From NCBI GenBank assembly GCA_965228895.1, contig OZ245842.1:4704001-4768000 (forward strand): 64,000 bases of DNA, given 5' to 3'. The translations under genes and the position numbers were made by a program. The notes under the pieces are model-generated. The model searched no databases. It saw only the letters and a program-made list of their open reading frames with translations, and was not told where the DNA came from. Position 1 is the stretch's first letter, and each line of letters begins with the position of its first letter. This document shows positions 9,637 through 18,678 of the stretch, piece after piece. This DNA is from Alphaproteobacteria bacterium (GTDB lineage Bacteria > Pseudomonadota > Alphaproteobacteria > SP197).

Positions 9637-10851
9637 CTATTCCGCAGCATCCTGGATCGGGTCCAGCGGCACGAAGTCGAGTACGCTCTGCTGGAAGAAC
9701 GCAATCGATGCCTCGCCGCCGGCACTGCGGGCGAGTTCGCCGACTTCAAAGGCAGGAGACTGCAGCGAGCGTTGCATCTTTTCGCAGACCCATGTGTCTT
9801 CGCTCTGGAAGTCGCCGGCCTCGAGCGGATGGGTCTTCCAGTGTGAGGACTTGATGCGGCCGCTTTCAGGATCGTAGCCGGGGATATCGGCAAGTGAGCC
9901 ACGGGTCTCGTAAGATCCCTTCGGCGACCACAGACGGATGCGCAACAGCGTCGTGTTGGCGTCAATCGGTTCCATCCAAGACACTGAGAAGGCATAGGCG
10001 CTCGGTAAGATCGCGATGGTCGGGAACAACATGTAGAGACCGGGATAGCCGGGCTTTTCCGCACCCTTGAACATGGGCGCGTCGCTGTTGTCGTAATAGT
10101 CCCGTGCCAGCGGAGGCAACCTGTGCTTTTGGCCGTTCTCATCGGTGGCGTACCAGATGAAGTGCCGGCCCCGGGCCTCGTAAAAGTTCCCGTCGGGCCC
10201 GGGCCCGCCGAGAGTCTGCTTGTGGAGATAGGCCAGGTGATAACCGTCAATGGCGTTCTCGTAGAACACTTTCCAATTGCACTTCAGCTCGTAGACGATT
10301 TCGTCGGGGAACTCTTCAACGTCGGATGACGTGAGGTCGTGGGGCCAAGCGACATCGGCCAATTCCGCAAACCACGACTCAAGACTCTCGTCCGGTTGGG
10401 CGGACGGATGGACGAAGACAAGACCCCTGAAGATGCCGAGCGATGCCGGTTTCAAACCGAAGCGTGACTTGTCGATGTTGGGGAAGCAGAGCGCCTCGTC
10501 CGGCATGTGATTCAACCCGCCATCGAGATCATAGGTCCAGCGATGATAGGGACAGACGATCGCGCCGGGCGCATTGCCGCAACCCTCCAAGAGTTCGGTC
10601 CCGCGATGGCGGCAGAGGTTATGGAAGGCCTTTAACTCACCCATCTTGTTGCGCATGACGATCAGCGGATAGACGCCCGCCTGGACCGTTCGGAAGTCGC
10701 CGGGTTCCTTGAAGTCGGAGACGATACCGACAAACGTCCAGGCATTGCCGAACAGGTCGACCCGTTCCCGATCGAGCCATGCCTCGGAAATGTAGGCCTC
10801 GCGCGGAAGCAGTTGGGCGGGGACATCGGGCAGTGTGCGTTCGACGGACAT
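9637..10851 (-). CDS. Rieske non-heme iron oxygenase alpha subunit (choline monooxygenase/CntA-like group)
   Basis: Rieske CRHRG…CPYH; mononuclear Fe 'NWK…ENAIDGYH…LH' and 'FQSED'. RBS AGGGAG before MSVERT. Confidence 0.88.
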   Translation of the reverse strand: MSVERTLPDVPAQLLPREAYISEAWLDRERVDLFGNAWTFVGIVSDFKEPGDFRTVQAGVYPLIVMRNKMGELKAFHNLCRHRGTELLEGCGNAPGAIVCPYHRWTYDLDGGLNHMPDEALCFPNIDKSRFGLKPASLGIFRGLVFVHPSAQPDESLESWFAELADVAWPHDLTSSDVEEFPDEIVYELKCNWKVFYENAIDGYHLAYLHKQTLGGPGPDGNFYEARGRHFIWYATDENGQKHRLPPLARDYYDNSDAPMFKGAEKPGYPGLYMLFPTIAILPSAYAFSVSWMEPIDANTTLLRIRLWSPKGSYETRGSLADIPGYDPESGRIKSSHWKTHPLEAGDFQSEDTWVCEKMQRSLQSPAFEVGELARSAGGEASIAFFQQSVLDFVPLDPIQDAAE

Positions 10852-10919
10852 GGCTGGCTCCCTTGGTGATTGGCCGCAGCACGGGCCGACCGACCGGTGG
10901 CCGCGACGGCTCGTGTAAA

Positions 10920-10971
10920 TTGTCACTATTGACAATATACGGATGTCCTAGTAGATTGTCAATAGTGACAA
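10920..10971. promoter_or_regulatory. Overlapping divergent sigma70-type promoters with twin palindromic operators
   Basis: 17-bp perfect inverted repeat TTGTCACTATTGACAAT (10920-10936) / ATTGTCAATAGTGACAA (10955-10971). TTGACA-N17-TAGATT on + and TTGACA-N17-TATATT on -. Confidence 0.7.
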
Positions 10972-11023
10972 CCTATAGAGATCCCGCGGCCTGGTTTTCC
11001 GCCCACAGACGAAAGACATAACG

Positions 11024-11275
11024 ATGAAGGACATGAAATGGTTCACGGCGGCCGCCCTCGTCGTGCTGGCGGTCGCCAGCTACTACGAGTGGTATTGGGT
11101 CTGGGGCGCCCTGTTCGTGTTCTGGGCCGCCATCAGCATTCGGGGCGGGCAGGCCTTCGTGGTCGAGACGATCAGCCGCCGCCAGAACCCAATTCTTTTC
11201 TGGCTCATCACCGCCATGTGGGGCGGTTTCGGCGCCTGGTATGTGTGGGCCGACCTGACGTGGCGACTTGCCTGA
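11024..11275 (+). CDS. Small membrane protein, hypothetical
   Basis: Three Trp-rich hydrophobic segments; lies downstream of the divergent promoter. Confidence 0.7.
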   Translation: MKDMKWFTAAALVVLAVASYYEWYWVWGALFVFWAAISIRGGQAFVVETISRRQNPILFWLITAMWGGFGAWYVWADLTWRLA

Positions 11276-11305
11276 CGTCCGGCGCTGTGGCGGTCCTTCC
11301 TGAGC

Positions 11306-11749
11306 CTACTGCAAAAGCCGGTGGAAGCTGCCGCAGCCGACGGCGTGACCGTCGTGGTAACTCTCGGTGTAGCAGAACTTCAGCTCGTTCTTGCCGATCA
11401 GGTGGAACTCATGCACGCCGCTCTTATCGACCACCTTGGCGGTGTGCTGACCGTCGGTGAACGTGCCGACAAAGTGCGACTTCTGGCCGTGTGTGCCTTC
11501 CGATTCGATCGTGCCGGAGAAGCTTTTGCCGACCTGATGGTTCACATGAATGATGAACTTGGTGTCGACCAGACGCGGCGTCTCGGCGGCGCCACTGCCG
11601 GCATGGGTCGTGTTGCCCGATGCGATCGCTTCGGTGTGCCCTTCCCAGGTGCCGAGCAGATCCGGCCACTGTTGTTCGGCCGGCGCGCTGCCGGATGCCA
11701 GCGTCAGCGAAAGGAGAAGGGCAATCAGGCCCAGGCTTCGTGCGGCCAT
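11306..11749 (-). CDS. Exported hypothetical protein (beta-barrel-like)
   Basis: Signal peptide, 'PDLLGTWEG' motif, C-terminal Cys pair; RBS GGGAG. Confidence 0.65.
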   Translation of the reverse strand: MAARSLGLIALLLSLTLASGSAPAEQQWPDLLGTWEGHTEAIASGNTTHAGSGAAETPRLVDTKFIIHVNHQVGKSFSGTIESEGTHGQKSHFVGTFTDGQHTAKVVDKSGVHEFHLIGKNELKFCYTESYHDGHAVGCGSFHRLLQ

Positions 11750-11815
11750 GGTGGTGGCTCCCAATGTCTGTCGGCGATCCCCCAGTACAGCGCCCCAGTA
11801 TAGCGCTTGGGACCG

Positions 11816-13801
11816 CTACTCCGCAGCCGTCGGCAGTTGCCGCTCGGCGAGGTCGGCGATGTCCTTCATGATTTGCGTCAGCTCGAAATCCTTCGGCGTA
11901 TAGACCGCGGCGACACCCGCGGCCTTCAACGCCGCTTCGTCCTCGGCCGGGATGATGCCGCCGGCGACAACCGGGACATCGCCGCAACCCATCTCTTCCA
12001 TCAGCTTGCGGACCTCGGCGACCAGGCGGATATGGGCGCCCGACAGAATCGAGAGGCCGACCACGTGCACGCTCTCTTCCTGCGCCGCCGCGGCGATCTG
12101 GCGCGGCGACAGGCGGATGCCCTGATAGACGACCTCCATGCCGCAATCGCGGGCGCGAAGCGCGATCTGCTCGGCGCCGTTCGAATGACCGTCCAGGCCG
12201 GGCTTGCCGACAAGCAGTTTGAGCCGACGCCCGAGCCGGCCCGACACCGCCTCGACGTGGGCACGCGCGTCTTCCAGCCCGCCTTCCGGCGCCGCGCCGG
12301 CGGCGCTCAAACCGGTCGGCGCGCGGTACTCGCCGAACACCTCGCGCAGCGCCCGGCCCCACTCGCCGGTGGTGACGCCGGCCTGGGCGCAGGCGATCGA
12401 CGGTTCCATGATGTTTTGGCCCTCCGCCGCCGCGGCCTTGAGCGACGCAATCGCCGCATCCGCCGCGGCGCCGTCGCGTGCGTCGCGCCACGCCTTGATG
12501 GCGGCGATCTGCTCGTCTTCGGCCGATGTCGCGACGGTCATGAAGCCGCCGTCCTCGCCTGAGGTCAGCGGCGACGGCGCACTTTCGGTAAAGACGTTGA
12601 CGCCGACCACCGGTTTATCGCCGGACTCGATATCGGCGACGCGCCGGCTGTTCGATTCGACCAGCGCCTGTTTCATGTATCCGGATTCAACCGCGACCGC
12701 CGCGCCGCCCAGCGCCGCGATATCGGCCATTACGCCCCGCGCCTCGTCCTTCAGCTCGGCGACCTTGGCGGCGATCTCGTGGCTGCCGTCGAAGATATCG
12801 GCGAACTCCAGAAGATCCGTCTCCATGGCGACGATTTGTTGCAGGCGCAGGCTCCACTGCTGGTCCCACGGACGCGGCAGGCCGAGCGCCTCGTTCCACG
12901 CCGGCAGTTGCACGGCGCGCGCCCGCGCGTTCTTCGACATGACCACCGCGAGCATCTCCAAGAGGATGCGATAGACGTTGTTTTCCGGCTGCTGTTCGGT
13001 GAGACCCAGCGAGTTCACCTGAACGCCATAACGGAAGCGGCGCAGCTTGGGATCGGTGACGCCATAACGTTCGGCGGTGATCTCGTCCCACAGTTCGGTG
13101 AACGCGCGCATCTTGCACATCTCGGTGACGAACCGGATGCCGGCGTTGACGAAGAAACTGATGCGCCCGGCAACCCGGTCGAAGTCCTCCGGTTTGACCG
13201 CGCCCGACGCCTTGACGTCATCCAGGATCTGGATCGCCGTCGCCAGCGAGAACGCGATCTCCTGCACCGGCGTCGCACCGGCTTCCTGCAGGTGATAGGG
13301 GCACACGTTCACCGGATTCCATTTCGGCGTCTCGGCGACCGAGAAGGTGATGGTGTCGGTGATCAGCTTCAGCGATGGCTTGGGCGGAAAGATATAGGTG
13401 CCGCGCGACAGGTACTCCTTGACGATATCGTTCTGGATCGTGCCGGAGAGCGCGCCGCGGTCGACGCCGCGTTTGTCCGCCAAGGCGATATAGAGCGAGA
13501 AAAGCCAGGCCGCCGTCGCGTTGATGGTCATCGACGTGTTCATCTGATCGAGCGGGATGCCGTCGAACAGGGTCTCCATGTCGCCCAGATGGCTGACCGG
13601 CACGCCGACACGCCCGACTTCGCCGCGCGCGATATCGTCGTCGGAATCGTAGCCGGTCTGGGTCGGCAGATCGAAGGCGATCGACAGCCCCGTCTGGCCG
13701 CGTGCCAGATTGGTACGGTAGAGTTCGTTCGACGCCCGGGCCGTGCTGTGGCCCGAATAGGTGCGCATCAGCCAGGGTCGGTCGCGTTTGACCTCGGTCA
13801 T
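11816..13801 (-). CDS. ecm: Ethylmalonyl-CoA mutase (MeaA), B12-dependent
   Basis: 'RDRPWLMRTYSGHS', AFDLPTQTGYD, C-terminal B12-binding 'GKPGLDGHSNG'; divergent from ccr. Confidence 0.93.
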   Translation of the reverse strand: MTEVKRDRPWLMRTYSGHSTARASNELYRTNLARGQTGLSIAFDLPTQTGYDSDDDIARGEVGRVGVPVSHLGDMETLFDGIPLDQMNTSMTINATAAWLFSLYIALADKRGVDRGALSGTIQNDIVKEYLSRGTYIFPPKPSLKLITDTITFSVAETPKWNPVNVCPYHLQEAGATPVQEIAFSLATAIQILDDVKASGAVKPEDFDRVAGRISFFVNAGIRFVTEMCKMRAFTELWDEITAERYGVTDPKLRRFRYGVQVNSLGLTEQQPENNVYRILLEMLAVVMSKNARARAVQLPAWNEALGLPRPWDQQWSLRLQQIVAMETDLLEFADIFDGSHEIAAKVAELKDEARGVMADIAALGGAAVAVESGYMKQALVESNSRRVADIESGDKPVVGVNVFTESAPSPLTSGEDGGFMTVATSAEDEQIAAIKAWRDARDGAAADAAIASLKAAAAEGQNIMEPSIACAQAGVTTGEWGRALREVFGEYRAPTGLSAAGAAPEGGLEDARAHVEAVSGRLGRRLKLLVGKPGLDGHSNGAEQIALRARDCGMEVVYQGIRLSPRQIAAAAQEESVHVVGLSILSGAHIRLVAEVRKLMEEMGCGDVPVVAGGIIPAEDEAALKAAGVAAVYTPKDFELTQIMKDIADLAERQLPTAAE

Positions 13802-13841
13802 GGTCGTCCTCGCCACCTTTGGTCTAATCCTGATGCGTATA

Positions 13842-13938
13842 ATGCTGCAGTGCAAAAAATCTTGCAAATGCTGCGCTGCCGAAAAAGAATTGCCGCCCCC
13901 ACGGTGGCGTGGGACGGTATCGTGTTGCGATGCAACAC
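13842..13938. promoter_or_regulatory. Cluster of TGC-rich palindromes (candidate PhaR-type sites) between ecm and ccr
   Basis: ATGCTGCAGTGCAA (13842), ATGCTGCGCTGC (13868), GTGTTGC-GAT-GCAACAC (13922-13938). Confidence 0.45.
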
Positions 13939-13973
13939 AGGGCAACACCTGACGGAACGACGGAGTGAAGACC

Positions 13974-15257
13974 ATGGCTGAGGCCGCTGAAGTCCTGCCT
14001 TTCGACTATGAAGCGCCGGAAAAGGACCTCTATGAGGTCGGCGAAATCCCGCCGTTGGGCCATGTACCGTCAAAAATGTACGGTTGGGCGATTCGCCGGG
14101 AGCGCCACGGCGAGCCCGATACCGCCATGCAGGTCGAGGTATTGCCGACGCCTGAAATCGACAGCCACGAGGTCCTGGTCCTCGTGATGGCCGCCGGCGT
14201 CAACTATAACGGCGTCTGGGCCTCGCTCGGCATTCCGATCAGCCCGTTCGACGTCCACAAGGCCGAGTTCCACATCGCCGGCTCCGATGCCTCGGGCATC
14301 GTCTGGGCGGTCGGATCCAAGGTGAAGCGCTGGAAGGTCGGCGACGAGGTCGTCGTCCACTGCAATCAGGACGACGGCGACGACGAGGAGTGCAACGGCG
14401 GCGATCCCATGTATTCGCCGACCCAGCGCATCTGGGGTTATGAGACGCCCGACGGCAGCTTTGCCCAGTTCTGCCGCGTGCAGGCCCAGCAGTTGATGCC
14501 GCGTCCCCGTCACCTGACCTGGGAAGAAGCCGCCTGCTACACCCTGACGCTGGCGACCGCCTACCGCATGTTGTTCGGCCATCGCCCGCATATCCTCAGG
14601 CCCGGCCACAACGTGCTGGTCTGGGGCGCCTCCGGTGGCCTCGGCTCCTTCGCGGTGCAGCTTGCCGCGACCGCGGGCGCCAACGCGATCGGCATCATCA
14701 GCGACGACGACAAGGCCGACTTCGTCATGTCGCTCGGCGCCAAGGGCGTGATCAACCGCAACAACTTCGACTGCTGGGGCCGCCTGCCGGAAGTCTCCGA
14801 CGCCAAGGCTTACGGCGAATACATGAAGAAGTGCCGGGAGTTCGGCAAGGCGATCTGGTCCTTCACCGGCAAGGGCAACGATGTCGATGTCGTCTTCGAA
14901 CATCCGGGCGAAGCGACTTTTCCGGTCTCCTGCTTCGTCGTGAAGCGCGGCGGCATGGTGGTCTTCTGCGCCGGCACCACCGGCTACAACATCACATTCG
15001 ACGCCCGCTTCGTGTGGATGCGCCAGAAGCGTATCCAGGGCAGCCATTTCGCCAACCTCGCCCAGGCGAGCCAGGCCAACAAGCTGGTCATCGAGCGGCG
15101 CATCGACCCCTGCATGTCGGAAGTCTTCAGCTGGGACGACATCCCGCGCGCCCACATGAAGATGCGCGCCAACGAGCACAAGCCCGGCAACATGGCCGTG
15201 CTCGTACAGTCGCCGCGCCCGGGCTTGCGTACGCTCGAAGACGTGCTGGAAGGGTGA
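13974..15257 (+). CDS. ccr: Crotonyl-CoA carboxylase/reductase
   Basis: 'KDLYEVGEIPPLGHVP', MAAGVNYNG, RIWGYETPDGSFAQF, WMRQKRIQGSH. Confidence 0.96.
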   Translation: MAEAAEVLPFDYEAPEKDLYEVGEIPPLGHVPSKMYGWAIRRERHGEPDTAMQVEVLPTPEIDSHEVLVLVMAAGVNYNGVWASLGIPISPFDVHKAEFHIAGSDASGIVWAVGSKVKRWKVGDEVVVHCNQDDGDDEECNGGDPMYSPTQRIWGYETPDGSFAQFCRVQAQQLMPRPRHLTWEEAACYTLTLATAYRMLFGHRPHILRPGHNVLVWGASGGLGSFAVQLAATAGANAIGIISDDDKADFVMSLGAKGVINRNNFDCWGRLPEVSDAKAYGEYMKKCREFGKAIWSFTGKGNDVDVVFEHPGEATFPVSCFVVKRGGMVVFCAGTTGYNITFDARFVWMRQKRIQGSHFANLAQASQANKLVIERRIDPCMSEVFSWDDIPRAHMKMRANEHKPGNMAVLVQSPRPGLRTLEDVLEG

Positions 15258-15310
15258 TCGCCTGAGCCGGACGGTACGTAACCGTTCGTCTGACGCGTTG
15301 GTCTGAAAGC

Positions 15311-16972
15311 ATGGCGATTCTCGACAACCTGCTACCGCTTTGCCGCGGCGCGCTTGGCGCGGCCGAAGGGCTCTATGGCGCGGCGCGCGCGGCCGTCCGC
15401 AATCTCGCGACGACGGATGAGGGCAAGGTCGACGCCAAGGCGCTCGACCGCCACCAGACGGCGGCCCATGGGCTGGCGTGGTTCGCGACCTATGTCGAGG
15501 CGCTGCGCCAGATGCTCGGTTGGGCAGAGCGGCTGGAAAGCGCCGGCCGCCTGGGTGAGCTGGAAGCGCTAATCCTGCAGGCGGCTTACGGCGAGTACCT
15601 CGCCCAAATCGCCGGCGGCATCCCGATGAGCCAGGGTGAGATCGTGCGGCCCTACGACTTGGGCGTCGACGATTCGAGCCTGCACGCCTTCTATACGCCG
15701 GAGGTGAGCGCGCTTCTGAAGGACGGCCACAGTGCCGACGTCCGCGACACCATCGCGCGGCTGGTCGCCGAGGCGGCCGATGCCGGCAGTTTTGGAGATG
15801 CGGGCCTCGCCGACGACGACGTCATGATCCGCGACCAGTTCCGCCGCTTCGCCGAAGACAAGGTGACGCCCTATGCCCATGACTGGCACCTGAAGGACGA
15901 ACTGATCCCGCTTTCGGTGATCGAGGAACTCGCCGAGATGGGGGTCTTCGGGCTGACCGTGCCCGAAGACGTCGGCGGGCTCGGCATGAACAAGACCGCC
16001 ATGTGTCTGGTGACCGAGGAATTGTCGCGCGCCTATATCGGTGTGGGGTCGCTGGGCACGCGCACCGAGATCGCCGCCGAACTGGTGCTGCACGGCGGCA
16101 CGGCGGCGCAAAAGGAAGCTTGGCTGCCGCGTATCGTTTCCGGCGACATCATCCCGACCGCTGTCTTCACCGAGCCGGGCACCGGTTCCGACCTCGGCTC
16201 ATTGCGCACCCGTGCCCAGCGCGACGGCGAGACCTACCGCGTCACCGGCAACAAGACCTGGATCACCCATGCCGCGCGCGCCAACCTGATGACGCTCCTG
16301 GCGCGCACCAACCCGGACGAAAAGGGTTATCGCGGCCTTTCCATGTTCCTGGCCGAAAAACCGGCGGGCACCGACGCCGACCCCTTCCCCGCCACGGGCA
16401 TGAAGGGCGGCGAGATCCCGGTGCTCGGTTACCGCGGCATGAAGGAATACGAGATCGGCTTCGACGGATTCGAAGTTCCGGCCGCCAATCTGCTCGGCGA
16501 AGAAGAGGGCCAGGGTTTCAAGCAGCTCATGGCGACGTTTGAATCCGCGCGCATCCAGACGGCTGCGCGCGCTACCGGCGTCGCCCAGAACGCCATGGAA
16601 CTGGGCCTGGCTTATGCTCGCGAACGCCAGCAGTTCGGCCGCGCCATCTTCGATTTCCCGCGTGTCGGTCACAAGGTCGCGTGGATGGCGGTCGAGATCA
16701 TGATCGCGCGCCAGCTCACCTGGTTCTCCGCGCGCGAGAAGGACCAGGGCCGTCGCTGCGACCTGGAAGCCGGCATGGCGAAACTGCTCGCCGCCCGCGT
16801 CGCCTGGGCCTCCGCCGACAACGCGGTCCAGATCCACGGCGGCAACGGCTACGCCATGGAGTACCCGATCAGCCGCGTTCTGTGCGACGCCCGCATCCTG
16901 AACGTTTTCGAGGGTGCCGCCGAAATCCAGGCCCACGTCATCGCACGGCGGCTGCTCTCCGACGCTAACTGA
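15311..16972 (+). CDS. mcd: (2S)-methylsuccinyl-CoA dehydrogenase
   Basis: Acyl-CoA dehydrogenase with the extended N-terminal domain ('QTAAHGLAWFATY'), 'GGEIPVLGYRGMKEY'; follows ccr. Confidence 0.88.
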   Translation: MAILDNLLPLCRGALGAAEGLYGAARAAVRNLATTDEGKVDAKALDRHQTAAHGLAWFATYVEALRQMLGWAERLESAGRLGELEALILQAAYGEYLAQIAGGIPMSQGEIVRPYDLGVDDSSLHAFYTPEVSALLKDGHSADVRDTIARLVAEAADAGSFGDAGLADDDVMIRDQFRRFAEDKVTPYAHDWHLKDELIPLSVIEELAEMGVFGLTVPEDVGGLGMNKTAMCLVTEELSRAYIGVGSLGTRTEIAAELVLHGGTAAQKEAWLPRIVSGDIIPTAVFTEPGTGSDLGSLRTRAQRDGETYRVTGNKTWITHAARANLMTLLARTNPDEKGYRGLSMFLAEKPAGTDADPFPATGMKGGEIPVLGYRGMKEYEIGFDGFEVPAANLLGEEEGQGFKQLMATFESARIQTAARATGVAQNAMELGLAYARERQQFGRAIFDFPRVGHKVAWMAVEIMIARQLTWFSAREKDQGRRCDLEAGMAKLLAARVAWASADNAVQIHGGNGYAMEYPISRVLCDARILNVFEGAAEIQAHVIARRLLSDAN

Positions 16973-17041
16973 GATTTTTCAACGCTTCTTCGGCCTGCGC
17001 CATCCGCTAGGATGCGCGGATTGTTCTGACGGGGCGCATCC

Positions 17042-18043
17042 ATGACCGATCTCACCACACCGACCTGCGAACTGCTCGGCATCAAACGGCCGATCGTTCA
17101 GGCGCCGGTCTCTACCACACCCGATGTCATTGCCGGCGTGTCGAATGCCGGCGGTCTTGGCGTGCTCCAGGCAACGTGGATGAACGACGACACGACGAGC
17201 GATATCGTCGCGGCCATCCAGCGCCGCACCAATCGTCCGTTTGCCGCCAACTACGTCATCTCGTTGATGGATGACGACGTGAACGCCAATCTCGACTACG
17301 TCCTGGAAGTGGGCGTGCCCGCGATCTCGACCTTCTGGGGCGATCCCGCGCCCTTGGTGCCCCGCATTCATGATGCCGGCGCGTTAGCCATGCACACGGT
17401 CGGGTCAGCGGAAGAAGCCCGGCGCGTCGTCGATGCCGGTGTGGATATCGTGGTCGCCCAGGGCGTCGAGGCGGGCGGCCATGTCTGGGGCGAGGTGTCG
17501 ACGCTGGTCCTGGTGCCCGCCGTCGTCGACGCGGTGCCCGATGCGCATGTCATCGCCGCCGGCGGCATCGCCGATGGGCGCGGTCTCGCCGCCGTTCTGG
17601 CGCTGGGCGCGGGCGCCGCATGGATCGGCACGCGCTTTGTCATGTCGAAGGAAAACAAGCTGCCTGCCGACTATCGCGAACGGATGCTCGCCGCCAAGGA
17701 GACCGACACCTTCTATTCATCGCTGTTCGATATCGGCTGGCCCGACGCACCACACCGCGTGCTCGTCAACGACACCGTCCAAGCGTGGGTCGAAGCCGGC
17801 CGGCCGCCGCCTGGCGAACGGCCCAACGAGGGCGACGTCCTCGGCCATCATCCGACCGGTGAGCCGATCCTGCGCTACAGCACTGATGATCCCTATGACG
17901 GCATGACCGGCGACCTGGCCGCGATGTGTTTGTATGCAGGCCAGGGCATCGGTCTGATCAACGAAGAGAAGGCGGTCGCCGACATCGTCGACGAGATGGT
18001 CGCCGATGCCGCCGCCATCATCTCGCGCATCGGCAACAGTTAA
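17042..18043 (+). CDS. Nitronate monooxygenase / FabK-like flavoprotein
   Basis: 'PIVQAP', 'VSNAGGLG', 'QGVEAGGH', 'AAGGIADGRG', 'GTRF'. Confidence 0.88.
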   Translation: MTDLTTPTCELLGIKRPIVQAPVSTTPDVIAGVSNAGGLGVLQATWMNDDTTSDIVAAIQRRTNRPFAANYVISLMDDDVNANLDYVLEVGVPAISTFWGDPAPLVPRIHDAGALAMHTVGSAEEARRVVDAGVDIVVAQGVEAGGHVWGEVSTLVLVPAVVDAVPDAHVIAAGGIADGRGLAAVLALGAGAAWIGTRFVMSKENKLPADYRERMLAAKETDTFYSSLFDIGWPDAPHRVLVNDTVQAWVEAGRPPPGERPNEGDVLGHHPTGEPILRYSTDDPYDGMTGDLAAMCLYAGQGIGLINEEKAVADIVDEMVADAAAIISRIGNS

Positions 18044-18046
18044 GAC

Positions 18047-18187
18047 GCGACACGCGCCACCGGTACGCCGCATCCCGGACGACCACCGGGAGATCCGGGA
18101 TCCAGGCACACGACTGTCGCCTTGATCGGTACATCCCGTGTTCATGGGTACCGGCTCGCGCTTCGCTTGGCCGGCACGCGGTGTCGC
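18047..18187. repeat. Degenerate REP doublet (CATCCCGG…CCGGGATCCA / TGGGTACCGG…CCGG type) between convergent genes
   Basis: Two short hairpins in inverted orientation, with outer arms GCGACAC/GTGTCGC. Confidence 0.5.
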
Positions 18188-18678
18188 TATGATGCCGCGC
18201 TTACGTCCCTGGCGTCGCAGGCCTCGATGTAGCGGCGCAGGATGGCTGACGTATCGTCTTTGCCGGCCAGTTCCTGGTTGGCGAAGTCGATGGCGACGTG
18301 CTCGTGTTCTGTGAGGATCTTGAGCGCCGGAAGATCCTCCGGCGGCGCCATGGCTTCCAGCCCTTCGAAGTCGTCGATGTAGCCGGGGTAACGCGTCGCC
18401 ATGTAGGTGACCATCTCGTGCCAGCTCAAGTCCTGGTGCCGGGCGACGTGGCTCTTGCCCTCTTCGATCAGCACCGCGTCGTCGCGCTGCTGAAGGCCGT
18501 GTTTGGCGAGCAGCGGCCGGACACTGTTGGCGGCGCATCGTTCCACCTCGCCCAACAGATGCAGCTTGTCGCTGGCACCAGGCTCGCTGAAGTGTTCGGC
18601 GAGACCGTGGAAGTAAGCTTCGCCGGCGACCTCCTCCTCGAAGTACTGCAGCAACGTCTTCAGGTACGTGTCACTCAA
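18187..18678 (-). CDS. Hypothetical ferritin-like protein
   Basis: Helical protein with 'EEEVAGE…E' and 'EHE' carboxylate/His pattern; probable TTG start overlaps the betC stop. Confidence 0.6.
   Translation of the reverse strand: MSDTYLKTLLQYFEEEVAGEAYFHGLAEHFSEPGASDKLHLLGEVERCAANSVRPLLAKHGLQQRDDAVLIEEGKSHVARHQDLSWHEMVTYMATRYPGYIDDFEGLEAMAPPEDLPALKILTEHEHVAIDFANQELAGKDDTSAILRRYIEACDARDVSAAS

Noticed and set aside
11780-11805. 13-bp tandem repeat CCCCAGTAYAGCG x2
   Set aside because: Only two units, overlapping a probable -10 box; most likely a local duplication.
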